Part shown: one piece after another, positions 52,705-64,000 of the stretch
Position numbering within the stretch: the first letter of the stretch is position 1
How the letters are laid out: every line of letters starts with the position of its first letter
Assembly: GCA_002245135.1 (NCBI GenBank)
Contig: NGBS01000877.1
Span: forward strand, 62,001 to 126,000
Reading direction: 5' to 3'
Source of the DNA: Proteromonas lacertae
Taxonomy: Eukaryota
Length of the DNA: 64,000 nucleotides
Notes under the pieces: model-generated
Database searches by the model: none
What the model was told of the DNA's origin: nothing
The model's input: only the letters and a program-made list of their open reading frames with translations
Program-made: the position numbers and the translations under genes

Positions 52705-55454
52705 ATGGTATAACACTTCTATAATAAAATTTTCTTATCTTTTATTGTATATAGGCTGAAGATTCTGAGACAAATCAAGAAAAATACTTCGTATATTAGT
52801 ATATACCCAATTCCATAGACTGATGCAATGACAATCGTCAAACAGCAAGGATTTATTATGTGTAAAGCAATGGTATCTAGATTATGTAATATTTCACTTA
52901 ATAGGATGAAGGAACTTTAGAAGAGGTATTGAAAGCTGCTTCCTTGATGTTAAGCGAGCTTGCTACTAACCATTTAGATCCAAGACGTTATTACGAATTG
53001 AATATCATTTTTAATATAATTTGTTTTTTGTTCTTCTTAATTAATGAAAGTTTGAATGTCAGAGAACAATTAGAGAATCTTGAAAGTTACTTTGCAAAAA
53101 TAACTGAGGAAGGTAAGATAGATCATGTAGAATTATACACAAAAGTTCAATATACAATCAAAATCATTCCCAGAATTTACATGCTAATATTATCAGGTTT
53201 AGTTCATATAAAATCAAAGAAAATAAAACCATCCATCATCTTGAATGATATATTGCAATTCATCAAAGGAATTCAACATCCAATAAGAGGTTTGTTTATT
53301 CATGATTATTTAATACATAAAATCAAATATGTACTTCCTGATATTAATAATGATTATAAAAGTGAAGGAGAAAGTACTGAATTCTCCATTAATTACATTT
53401 TAAGTAATTTAAGTGAAATGAATACTTTATGGTGCAAAATGATCCCTTCAGCTAAATCACGTAATGTTGAACTTAAAAATAACGAAAGAAATGATGTAAA
53501 GATGTTAATTGGTTCAAATCTAGATAAATTAAGTCACCTTGACGGTTTAACCTTGGAATTATACAAAAATTGTGTATTACCATCGTTAAGTAAGATAATA
53601 ATGAACTGTAAAGATGCAATGAGTCAAGAGTATTTACTTAATTGTGTAATTGATACATTTCCAAATGAATATCATCTATGTTCAATGAAGGAGTTTATGG
53701 AGATATTAAGTCAATTAAATGCTAATATTAACTATAATGCCATAATTGAACCATTATTAAAGAGAATTATTGATTATTATAAAGAATATAAAACTCCAGC
53801 AAATACACCAACACCAGTAGCTGATGAAGAATCAACAAATACAAATAATAGTACAAATGTATTAATACCAGATAATGAAATGATGATTAAAATATTCAAA
53901 GAGATAAATGATGGAATTATTCATTTTATTGAAGTTAGACCAAAAATGAAAACTCAAGATATTTTACATATTGAATATAACTTAATATACTTTATAATGA
54001 AAACATTTGGAAGAGATAAGAGCGCTATGTTGGTATATGTTGAAAATATATTTAAATATTGTTGTCAAATTATTATTCAAAGATCCAATAAACAGAAGAT
54101 GAGTAATGAAATAGAGAATGAAATTGTGAATTTGTTGAGTTTAACATTGAAAAGTTATAATATTGAATTATTAAAAATTGAATCATTTGGAATTGTATAA
54201 ATATATATATATAATAATATATCTTATAGCTGTCTAATTATTTAAAAGGTCAAAACAAGTTGCTATTATCTTGCCATTTATTAGAATCATTTGTCAATAA
54301 TAAGATAATAATTGAAAATGAAGAAACGTTTAATTTATTATTACCATATATATCGTCAATTATACTTGCTACTGATAAAGAAACTAAAGATAATGTATTT
54401 ATATGGTTATTATTATATATATATATATATAGAAAGAGATTAAATATTCCAAATATTTAATTCCCAAGTTACTTCATTATTTAAATCCCTCAAAATTAGA
54501 TGATATATATCATGTATTAATGAAAATGAAAGAATTATTAGAAGAAAGAAATATTGATAATGAATTACAGATAATTGGTGGATTGGTATTTACAGTGTGT
54601 AAAACTATATTAATGCTATTAGAAAATCCATCAGTATATATATATATATTATTATTATTATTATTATTATTAGAATTGTACAATCGCAATTAATGATTAT
54701 TTCCATTATGTTTTAGATATCATTCAGCCTGTACAATCAACTAATCCATTAAGATGTATTAACTTGTTATTATGTTGTGTGAAAATAAGTGATAAATGTA
54801 AACTGATGGATGTAGTAGGAGATTTGATGAATAGAGTATATATATATATATATATTAATATGTTTATTAGATTTACACTATATATGACTCTATCACTGAA
54901 GGTAAACAACAATCTAATGCATTATTACAAATAATAAATGGTTTATATTACACTACGAATGTTACTAATGAATTATATAGTAATTATATCACTAAGACAT
55001 CACAATACAGTAGCAAATTAATAAAGAAAAATGAACAATGTCTTTCAATATTGAAATGTTCACATTTGTTCTGGAAAGAATGTGATAATGGTTATAAAGA
55101 TTCGAAGTTAGTGTTAGAATGCTTACAAAGGTCATTAAAGATAGCTGATACTAATTCAAGCAGTAATTCTAATAATAACCCTATTGAACTGTTTATTGAT
55201 ACATTGAATGAGTATTTGTATTATTATAATCAGAAATGCGATAGTGTATGATATATATATTTGTTTATTTATTATTTATATAGATTACTGTGAAGTATTT
55301 ACAAGGTTTGATAACATTAACTAAAGATCATCGTGATAACCCAGGTAAAAAGGAGAAATCATCAATTAAGAATTATTTTGAAAGTACTATGGGTTTGATC
55401 AAGAAATACAAAGAAGAGCAGCCTGACAGATATGCAGAAATTACTATTGAATAA
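52705..55454 (+). CDS. VPS35: Retromer subunit VPS35
   Basis: LDPRRYYEL, IIPRIY, GIQHPIRGLF, CKDAMSQEYL, CSHLFW, LECLQRSLKIAD. Confidence 0.95.
53002..53049 (+). other. U12-type AT-AA intron (48 nt, in-frame) in VPS35
   Basis: 5' ATATCATTTT, branch TTCTTAAT, 3' GAAA; removal gives YYELSLNVREQLENLESYF, gap-free against the conserved YYELYM..helix. Confidence 0.75.
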
Positions 55455-55615
55455 TTATTCACCTCTATATATTCTCATTAAGAAAAAATTATTACTATTC
55501 TTTCATATATTGCTTTTGTTTGTATATTAGGTTTCTAACACATTTGAAGAATTGAATTTTGGGGTTTAACTTACTCTTCCGTTTTTTTGGAATTAAAATA
55601 ACCCCACATCAGTTT

Positions 55616-56494
55616 ATGGATGAGTCTAGTTATTCAAGTGATGAGTCATCAGATAGTTCGAATGATGGTATAGTATGGGGAGATTCTGAACACTTTGATA
55701 ATGACTTTTATCACCAGCAAGAAAATAAAAATAATTCATTACTTCAAGACATTCTAGATTCACTTTATGATCCACCAATACCTGATAACTATGATATAGA
55801 AAAACCTAGGTATTATATCGCTCTTTATTCAATAGACAAATACCGCGAAACGCAGGCACTCATAATAGACCTCAGTGCAGTTATACAGGCGCAGTTACTA
55901 ATGAATGGACTAATTCATTTCTACATCTGAGAGTTACAGGACACAATATTGACGGATATGCTTGTCTAAACACTCCTGATGTATAAAATCCACATAGAAC
56001 ATTTTTTATTTGTATAGGATGTGGATGCTATAGAATCTGTTCCTTCACCTGTAATTTGTAACAAACACATTCCTTCTCCAACTGTATATATATATTAAAT
56101 TATGATTATTATTTATTTCTATAGTTTTCTCTCAACCTCGAAATAAGTGGCACACAAATGACAATCCTACCGAAAGAAAGTAATGAAGAAATGATCTGTA
56201 GAAATGGAGACGATGAAAGTATAATAGCTATTGATTATGATGATGATTATGAAATGTATTGTTATTATATTAATATGATTAGACCAAAGAAGGAGAATAT
56301 AGAACCACAAACTGTATTATACGATGAAATATTCGCTCAAATTGAACAATCAATTTTATTATCAGTTTTGTCACTGTTTAATCCAATTATCAATACAATA
56401 GCAGTTAGTTATTCACATATTCAACAACAAACTCAAACCAGTTTGCTTGGAGATTTGTCTATTAATAACTCATTAATATGTGTTTCAAATGCTG

Positions 56495-56527
<33 letters not shown>

Positions 56528-57222
56528 CCATTAACAGCAATAGTGCAGATTTAGGAATAATAGGAAAACAAATTAAGCCAATCAGATTGCAGTCTTTATC
56601 TATTACAGAGACATTAAAACCAGTAACATCAAATACATCTACTGGAAGTAATAATGGAATAACATATACAAATAAAATATCCAACAATAGTAACAATAAA
56701 AGTATATTTTAATAGTTATATATATTTCCTTTTTAATAGAAAGATTAATTCATCCATCTCCAATTAGAAACAGACCATTTACTACACAACATGCTGGAAA
56801 TGTATAATTATATTTATTATTTATATTATTAATAGAGTCGATTACAATCATTACCTCCTGTATATAAACCTGATAATATTCAACAATCTCCACCACCTCA
56901 ACAATCAATTAATTCATTAATAAATCCACCAAATCCATCAATTACATCATCACCACATAAACCTTATGAATATATATCATTTTCAGGTCAAGCTGTGTCA
57001 TTACGAGTGAATAATAGAAATATTGTTTTACCTCCTGTTCCAAATCCACCGCCTCCAACTCCTCATAAAATTAATAATCATATTTCACCTGTATATAAAC
57101 CAGTTCCAGTTAAACCGACTAATAGTTCGAAATATAATGGTTTTGGAGTTCGTCCTAAAACTACATCTAATCATGATGTTTATCCACATAGACTTCGTAC
57201 TTCTGGATTTAAGAAATTTTAG
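55616..57222 (+). CDS. FAM149-like (DUF3719) protein with Pro-rich tail, multi-exon
   Basis: LQDILDSLYD ... NEWTNSFLHLRVTG resembles the FAM149 W...FPHLRI.G motif. Confidence 0.55.
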
Positions 57223-57376
57223 TTTTCTCTCTTTTTTTGTAGATATTATATAAATACGCAGATTTTTTTTATTTTTTAGATTTAAAGAACTTGTTAATCT
57301 TGTTTTTATTAATATTGTTTGTTAATGTTTTATAATTGTAAAAAAACAAATATATTATATTAATTAAAGAATGATT

Positions 57377-58886
57377 TTATATAACATCGTAAAAGATTAA
57401 CAACAATATTTGATTCTTGTGTCATTAATATAGCGTTAATAGCTTTGTTGTTTTCTCCATTCTGTAAATAAATGTAAGACAACTTTTTATATAATTGTCT
57501 TTTTACATTTTTCATTCTACAATTATCCACAACATACTCATAATAATTCTGAGCTTGTGAAAAATCATTCTATTAGATTAAATTATTGCTTCAGAATATA
57601 CTAAATTATAATAACATTCACCTAAAGTGTAATTTACATTATATTTGTCATATTCACTATTACACCATTTTAATTGACCTTTTAAAACTGGTATTAAATC
57701 TTCATATCTTTCCTATATTTATTATAACAATTTTTTATACATCATGTAAATAACAATCTCTTATTTTTTCATCTAATATTGTTCTATACATATCTGAAGG
57801 ATCATTTTCTTCTGCAGCAGTGAAATACTTGATAGCTGTGTTATAGTCATTCTATTATTATAATAAATTAAAAACTGATAATACCAATTTAACATAACTA
57901 TCACCTATTGATTTATTTATATCACACATTATTTCTTTTCCAACTGGATACTTTAAAGAATCTTTATAGTATTTTATAGCATCTTCATATTTACCCTATC
58001 AATTACATTAATTATTAATAAATACAATATCATAATAACCTGCAGCTATTGCCATCATATTCAATACAATAGATTCATTTGAATTTTCATATCTTATACA
58101 CTGTTTTAAATATGATATACCTTCATAAATCATCTTCTATTATTATAATAATACTATATGAATATATATACAGCTTGTATATATCCATTTCCTATCAGAT
58201 AATTTATTTTATTCATTTCTTCAAGAGTTGTACTGGGTCTTAATGCTTGTCTCAAATATGGTAAAGCATTATATATTAGATGCTATTATTATAATCGCAT
58301 AAAAATCTTACTAAACGAATATAAGCATTTCCAATCGATTCATTTATCTCATATTTATCTTCTCTACTTTTACAGTATTTTAATGCTATTTGAAGAAAAC
58401 TAATACCTTCATTAATTTCGTTCTATATACTAAATATCCTATTAACATACTAGATCGATAGAGAGCTAACCAATAGTAGTATAGTATTTTAATCTCTGAT
58501 TATCATCATCTGCATAATCTAAAGCACTCAAATAAGTTCTCAATGCCTACAGTTAAACAAAATCATTATACTGTCTCAAAATCGCCTTTTCTTAAATAAG
58601 CATTACCTTCTGCAAATATATCATCAAATGTTTTAGTATTTGTTGGTATATTAGCTTCAGCTAAACATAGTTATCAGAATATAAGTATACATGCGATGAT
58701 TTTATCTCCATACATATACATCATCGTCAAAGATCCTCCAATTATCATATATACTTCTCTCTTTTTAAACACTTTCTTTACATTCACACTTTTATCACAT
58801 ACACTATTCAATCTTCTGCAAATCATCAAATTCTGTTTGAATGTTCTTCTTAAAACACCATTCATTCCATACATTACTCGAAACAT
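57377..58886 (-). CDS. TPR-repeat protein with Arg-rich, presequence-like N-terminus and a TM segment; many introns
   Basis: MFRVMYGMNGVLRRTFKQNL; TPR helices (EGNAYLRKGDFE, KYEDAIKYYKDSL). Confidence 0.7.
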
Positions 58887-59043
58887 GAGATAAAATGTAA
58901 AATTTGATTATGTCAAACTATCTCTCAAGCTTTTCTTATTTTCTATTGATTGAAGATATATGAATATACTCAAACTATAATTACAACATAATCATCCCAA
59001 AACATAACATATTTATAAATCTTTATAATAAAACAAACAACAA

Positions 59044-62043
59044 TTAGCTCATTTCAAGCACTTCTTTTCCCATTTCAATTATTCTATCGACATTTATCTC
59101 TTTTATATCTTTCACTACTGTTCCTTTGTTTGAACCATATTTTTCAAATTCTTCTCTTGTCAATATTTTATCATTCATACTAACACTCATTTCAGCTTCA
59201 GGACAATATATTGTATTATAATCAACATTAGGATACTATTCATTAAAATTATTTATAATATACAAGATTTGGATCTACCTCTTTTCCATAGAAATTGAGA
59301 AAATATGTTTTATGATTATTGATTATACAAGTGTTGTTGTTCCAGAATTCATCATATCCAGATTTATTTATACTTCCTCCTGAGCTTGAAATACAATATG
59401 GTCTTGAGAAATATTCTTCAGATTTACTAGATTTTGCATAAGCATAACCATCTGGATAAACATAGATATTATGACAAGCTATTAAGATAATATAAATATG
59501 ATATATTATACCACTGATTTGGAATGACCTAAGTAATTCTTAAAACCACCATAGATTAAGAAATTATAACTGTCATAGTATTCTCTTGATCCATCATCAT
59601 GATCTAAAGGCCAAGTACTATGATAATTGTTTATTATAAAACATCGATTTATTTCACTTTTTAAAATATTATAACTTGCTGTGTGATTTTTATAGTAGAC
59701 ATCATTCAATATTAACATTCGATCCCAACTGTTGATTGGACCATGATCAGATGTCTCTCGAACCCAATTGAATAATAAGTTTCGACGAATTATATTATCT
59801 CCTCCAAAGCCATCATTCAGATTTATACCAGATCTTGGACCATTAAACAAAATATTTTCTTCAATTAATGTTCCACAACTTATTGCTTGGAATATTGCGG
59901 ATGTTTGTTTACCATACATTCCTACATCATGAATTATATTATGAATTATTTTGGTATTTCGAGGTTGTTCTCCTCTAGTTCCATCATTCAAATAGGCTTT
60001 ACCATATAGTATTATTCCACTATCACCTATTTTCTTTATCTCATTATTCAATATTAACACATTTCGACAATAATCACTTATATAAATTCCATTTCCACCC
60101 AAATTTTCAAGAATATTGTTTCTTATTACTAAACCATCTACTCCTCTAGCATTTATTGTTCCACCACTATTCATTATTATTATTATTATTATTATATTAT
60201 ATATATATACGGATGAATTGACCAATCACCACCTGAAGGAACTAAATAATTCTCCATATAAGTAGATCGAGTATTTTCAAATATTATTCCATCGATGGTT
60301 ATATTATAAACGGGATTTTCTTTATTTCCTATTATGGAGATTAAACTGTCTAATTGAGATATTATTATTGTATTAGCTTCTTCTATTGTTTCATTTGGAT
60401 AATAATATAAATAATTCGTCTATTTTCATTTTAATATATAAATAAACATTCATTATATTTTATACATTTATATCATAATACCATTCATTTGGAACATCTA
60501 ATTCTTCAAATATATTTTCAATATAATACTATTCATTTTATATCAATAATAATATTAAATATATATTTATATTTATACATCTCCACCAGATGGTCTACCT
60601 CGAGCTTCTTGAAAACCACCTCGACGAAATTTTATATTCTTACTTTCATAATCATAACTATCGATCTCAAACATCCAGTTTCCCCAATATCCACTGTGAA
60701 ATGCATGTAATATTCCACTTTTACTATTATTCCATTTATTCATACTAAATGATTCATCTGTTACTGTTATACCTTTAGGAACTGTATAAGTAGAAGCACC
60801 ACCAGCATGAGGATTCTTTAAACCCCAATAAGATTCTATTTTAAAATATTATCATCATTTTTATATTATACGAGGAGGATCAAATTCGTTTAATGGACCA
60901 TTTAAACCAATTGAATAATCAGTATATTCAGATTTACTTACTTTAGGTTCAGATATTATTATTTCAACACTTCTATCTTCATCACTTTTGCTTTCCCATT
61001 TACCTTTAGATAATAAACCAGATGGTTTAGTCCAATAACCCATATATTCAGCATTTCCATTTGGATATCGAGCTCGAGTCATTCGTTTATTATTTATAAA
61101 TAGTTGATTGAAATGAGAACCATTTATATCTTTCACATAAGTTCGATAAATATTCTTTTTTATACCAGATATTATTCCTTTACTTTTCTTTTGACTTATA
61201 TAAATATTACTTCGTAAATAACACATTTTAGAATATTCAGATATTTCATTTCCATAATATCTATTTATATTTATATAATATTTATATATTATTATTATTT
61301 TATACATAAATGAAAGACAATTTTTATCATTTTTACAGGATTTTAAACATTCATTTACATCATTCATTATTCCTTTATATTCAATTCCACTACTGTTTTT
61401 ACCTGCATCGATTCTTAAATCACTTCCAACACTTATATCTTTATATACGATTATTTCATTATCAAATAATTCCCATTTCACATCTCGAATCTCTTTACCA
61501 CCATTCACTTTTACTTTCTCATTCTCATATCCTATTATTGATAAATTTGAATCACAACCATATAACTTTATTGTTTCATTTAGAAAATATATTCCTTCTC
61601 GTAATATTATACTACAACCACCACCAATAGATCGACACATTCGGATTCCAGCTTCGATATCTAATAAAGGAGAATCAATACTTCCACTGTTCTTATTATC
61701 GCCTTTCTTTATATCAATATAGATCTCTTTACCTTCTAATACTGGTTTCGGTCGAACATATTCACTTTCTCTTATCTCACTGTTGTTACAACGACTTTGA
61801 AGTTCTAAACCATCAAAAACATCTTTCATCTCATTTCGGTCTTTAAACAGTTGTTTGGAATATTTGTAAGCTAAATTTCGAATGGCACAATCAGCATTGA
61901 TGTCTATTATTAACAATTATTCAACATACCAAAAGGGACATTCCCTACATCTTGGATAGGGGGGAAGTTAAACGCTAAGCATAAATCTATCATGTAAAAA
62001 ACATAATCATACTCAAAACAATAGTAATTAGCAAGATATTCAT
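59044..62043 (-). CDS. Secreted right-handed beta-helix (pectin-lyase-fold, GH141-like) protein with a PAN/apple-like insert
   Basis: Signal peptide MNILLITIVLNLCLA; LREGIYFL, QLFINNKRMTRARYPN, DHGPINSWDR, LDHDDGS. Confidence 0.75.
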
Positions 62044-62190
62044 GTTGATATAAGAAACACAAATAAAATGTTTGAGGTTTGATTAAAATATTATTGAAAA
62101 TTTTATTCATTTTCATAATTATTTATAATATTTAAAACATTGAAGAATGTTTTAGATTAGTTAATGATGTAAATTGAAAAGAAAAAAATA

Positions 62191-62263
62191 TGGTCGGTAT
62201 GGGGCTCGAACCCATGACCGCCGCCTTATTAGAGCGGTGCTCTACCGACTGAGCTAACCGACC
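62191..62263 (-). tRNA. tRNA-Ile (anticodon AAT)
   Basis: GGTCGGTTAGCTCAGTCGGTAGAGCA-CCGCT-CTAATAA-GGCGG-CGGTCATGGGTTCGAGCCCCATACCGACCA cloverleaf, followed by an oligo-T terminator. Confidence 0.97.
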
Positions 62264-62373
62264 TTTAAATTTTTGATTGAAAATACTAATAAGAACCAAT
62301 TTTAATTTTTCTTATATTAATATTATTAATGTCTTTATTGTATTTAATAAAAGTAATTATTATCTTTAGCATT

Positions 62374-64000
62374 CTAAATGTCGTTTGATAATTCTTTCTT
62401 TTCTTCTTCTGATATTCCATTTATTTCTATTCTTATAACATAAGAAAAAGTGTCTAAGAATGATTTTAATTCTGATTTATTTATATTTTTTGTCACAGTA
62501 ATTGATAGTTTATCCACTTCATATAATGTCTCTTTATTTGTTATAATTAATCTCAATTCACTTTCATCTAATGCATTTCCTGATAGATTTATGTGTTTTA
62601 ATGGTTTATAATGTTTTAACCTCTCTAATAGCACTTTTAATCCTATACCACTAATTCCAACATTTGATAGATATAATGAATCATAATCAACAAATTTATC
62701 TAAATAATTACATACAACATCAATTCCTTCATCTCCAATTGCATTAGTATATATGGAAATAAGGCATGATTTATTTGGTAAGCAATCAGTTAGCTCCATT
62801 AACCCTTTAGAACTAATTCTGTTGTTAGATAAGTCTATTTTTTTATAATTAATTTGTTTTATTAATGAAATATGAGAATCATTGAGATTTAAATCTATAA
62901 CACTTATTAATTAGGATTTATACTAGAAAAATTATAATAGCTATAATCATATCTTTTCTTGTTAATACAATAGTTCAAATAATACTCCAATTCCTCATTT
63001 GCTCATTTTGAGCATTTTATTTGAATAAACATATTCTTCCTTTGTTCTAGTGATTTTGAACATATTGATTTAAATCCTTCCATTCCAATATTATTACCAC
63101 TAAGATTTATAGTTTTGTAATTTTCAATTGAATAAAATCTTTCTGATAATAATATTACACTTTCATCATCAATTTCTATATTACTCAAATCAAGTTCATC
63201 ATTATAACTTAACACCTCTACATTATCTAACACTTGTTTCAATCCAGCATTACCTAGTGGATTATCTATATGTAATTATTACATATATATATAATATTAC
63301 TATGAAATATTAATCTGCTAATGCAAAAACCCTCTTTATGGCAATTCATCAAATAATCTATTCCATCAGAATCAATGTTATTGTAACTTATGTCTAGTGT
63401 GACATATTTATTAATATATTTCATTCCATCAACAAATACTTTGAATCCTGCTGATGATAATCCCATCTCTAATAAAGATTAAATAATAATAATAATAGCA
63501 GTGGTTATTATACTACTGCAGTTTATATAGCAAGTATTATTATAGACGGAATAACACCTCTGCACTAACAAGTCTACATTAGGATATAGCATCTTCATTC
63601 CCAAGTCTCCTATATCATTTCCATTCAATTCAAGCGAAATTGTACTAAATAATGAGCATAAATTTCTACAATGCATTTCAATATTTTCATATAATTCTTT
63701 TTTACCTATGTAATAGAATAATATCATTTTGTACAGCTCATTTCCATATTTTCTATTTCTTTAAATTCATTTCCTTCTAAGTGAATATGCCTAAGATCTG
63801 TAAATGAAGATAAATTGTTATGTAGTATTTCTAAACTTTTGTATACTAAAGTTTTATCTAAATCACATCATAATAACAGAATATACTCTTCACATCCAAA
63901 TTTTTTATATCTTTAATATTGTTCAATACTACTTTAACAGAGATATGATTTGATATTTCATCTATATTTTGAGTAAGTGTTTCTACACTTTTATAGGTTA
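62374..64000 (-). pseudogene. RI-like leucine-rich-repeat gene (3' part) with an in-frame TGA at 63003-63005
   Basis: LNGNDIGDLG, ISYNNIDSDG, LSGNNIGMEG, IGDEG repeats; coding frame continues after the TGA. Confidence 0.65.

Noticed and set aside
59479..59511. Phase mismatch across a GT-AG intron in the beta-helix gene
   Set aside because: No U12 donor; a single missing G in a G-run (sequence error or small indel) explains it more simply

Overview
Eukaryotic, very AT-rich, gene-dense nuclear DNA with about 35 protein genes. Most are split by ~25-45 nt GT-AG introns, so the ORF track is fragmented. Tiny introns, U12-type introns, TGTTTGTT 3' motifs, a bacterial-type YqhD alcohol dehydrogenase and a mitoribosomal bL36 suggest a Blastocystis-like (Opalinata) stramenopile; this is an inference. 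Contents: DAG kinase, histones H3 and H2A with 3' stem-loops, DCX/KHA-kinase, two disabled Hsp70/Hsp110-like paralogs in inverted orientation, a tandem ADH duplication, IQ-repeat, FAM161, CCDC77 and FAM149-like genes, RPN10, an MBL hydrolase, bL36m, an MST/Hippo-like kinase, RRP45, CH-kinesin-14, two CaaX GBP-like GTPases, RPC5, ISOC, a small Tim, LIN52-like, RhoGEF, VPS35, TPR, a secreted beta-helix enzyme, tRNA-Ile and decayed LRR genes. Highlights: four AT-initiated minor-spliceosome introns in 64 kb, two apparently AT-AA; an endogenous CRESS-virus Rep fragment next to a DDE remnant; a small Tim that keeps only its inner cysteine pair; and LIN52 plus CHR-like clusters at cell-cycle promoters. 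All gene models were built by eye and all family calls rest on remembered motifs, not database searches.
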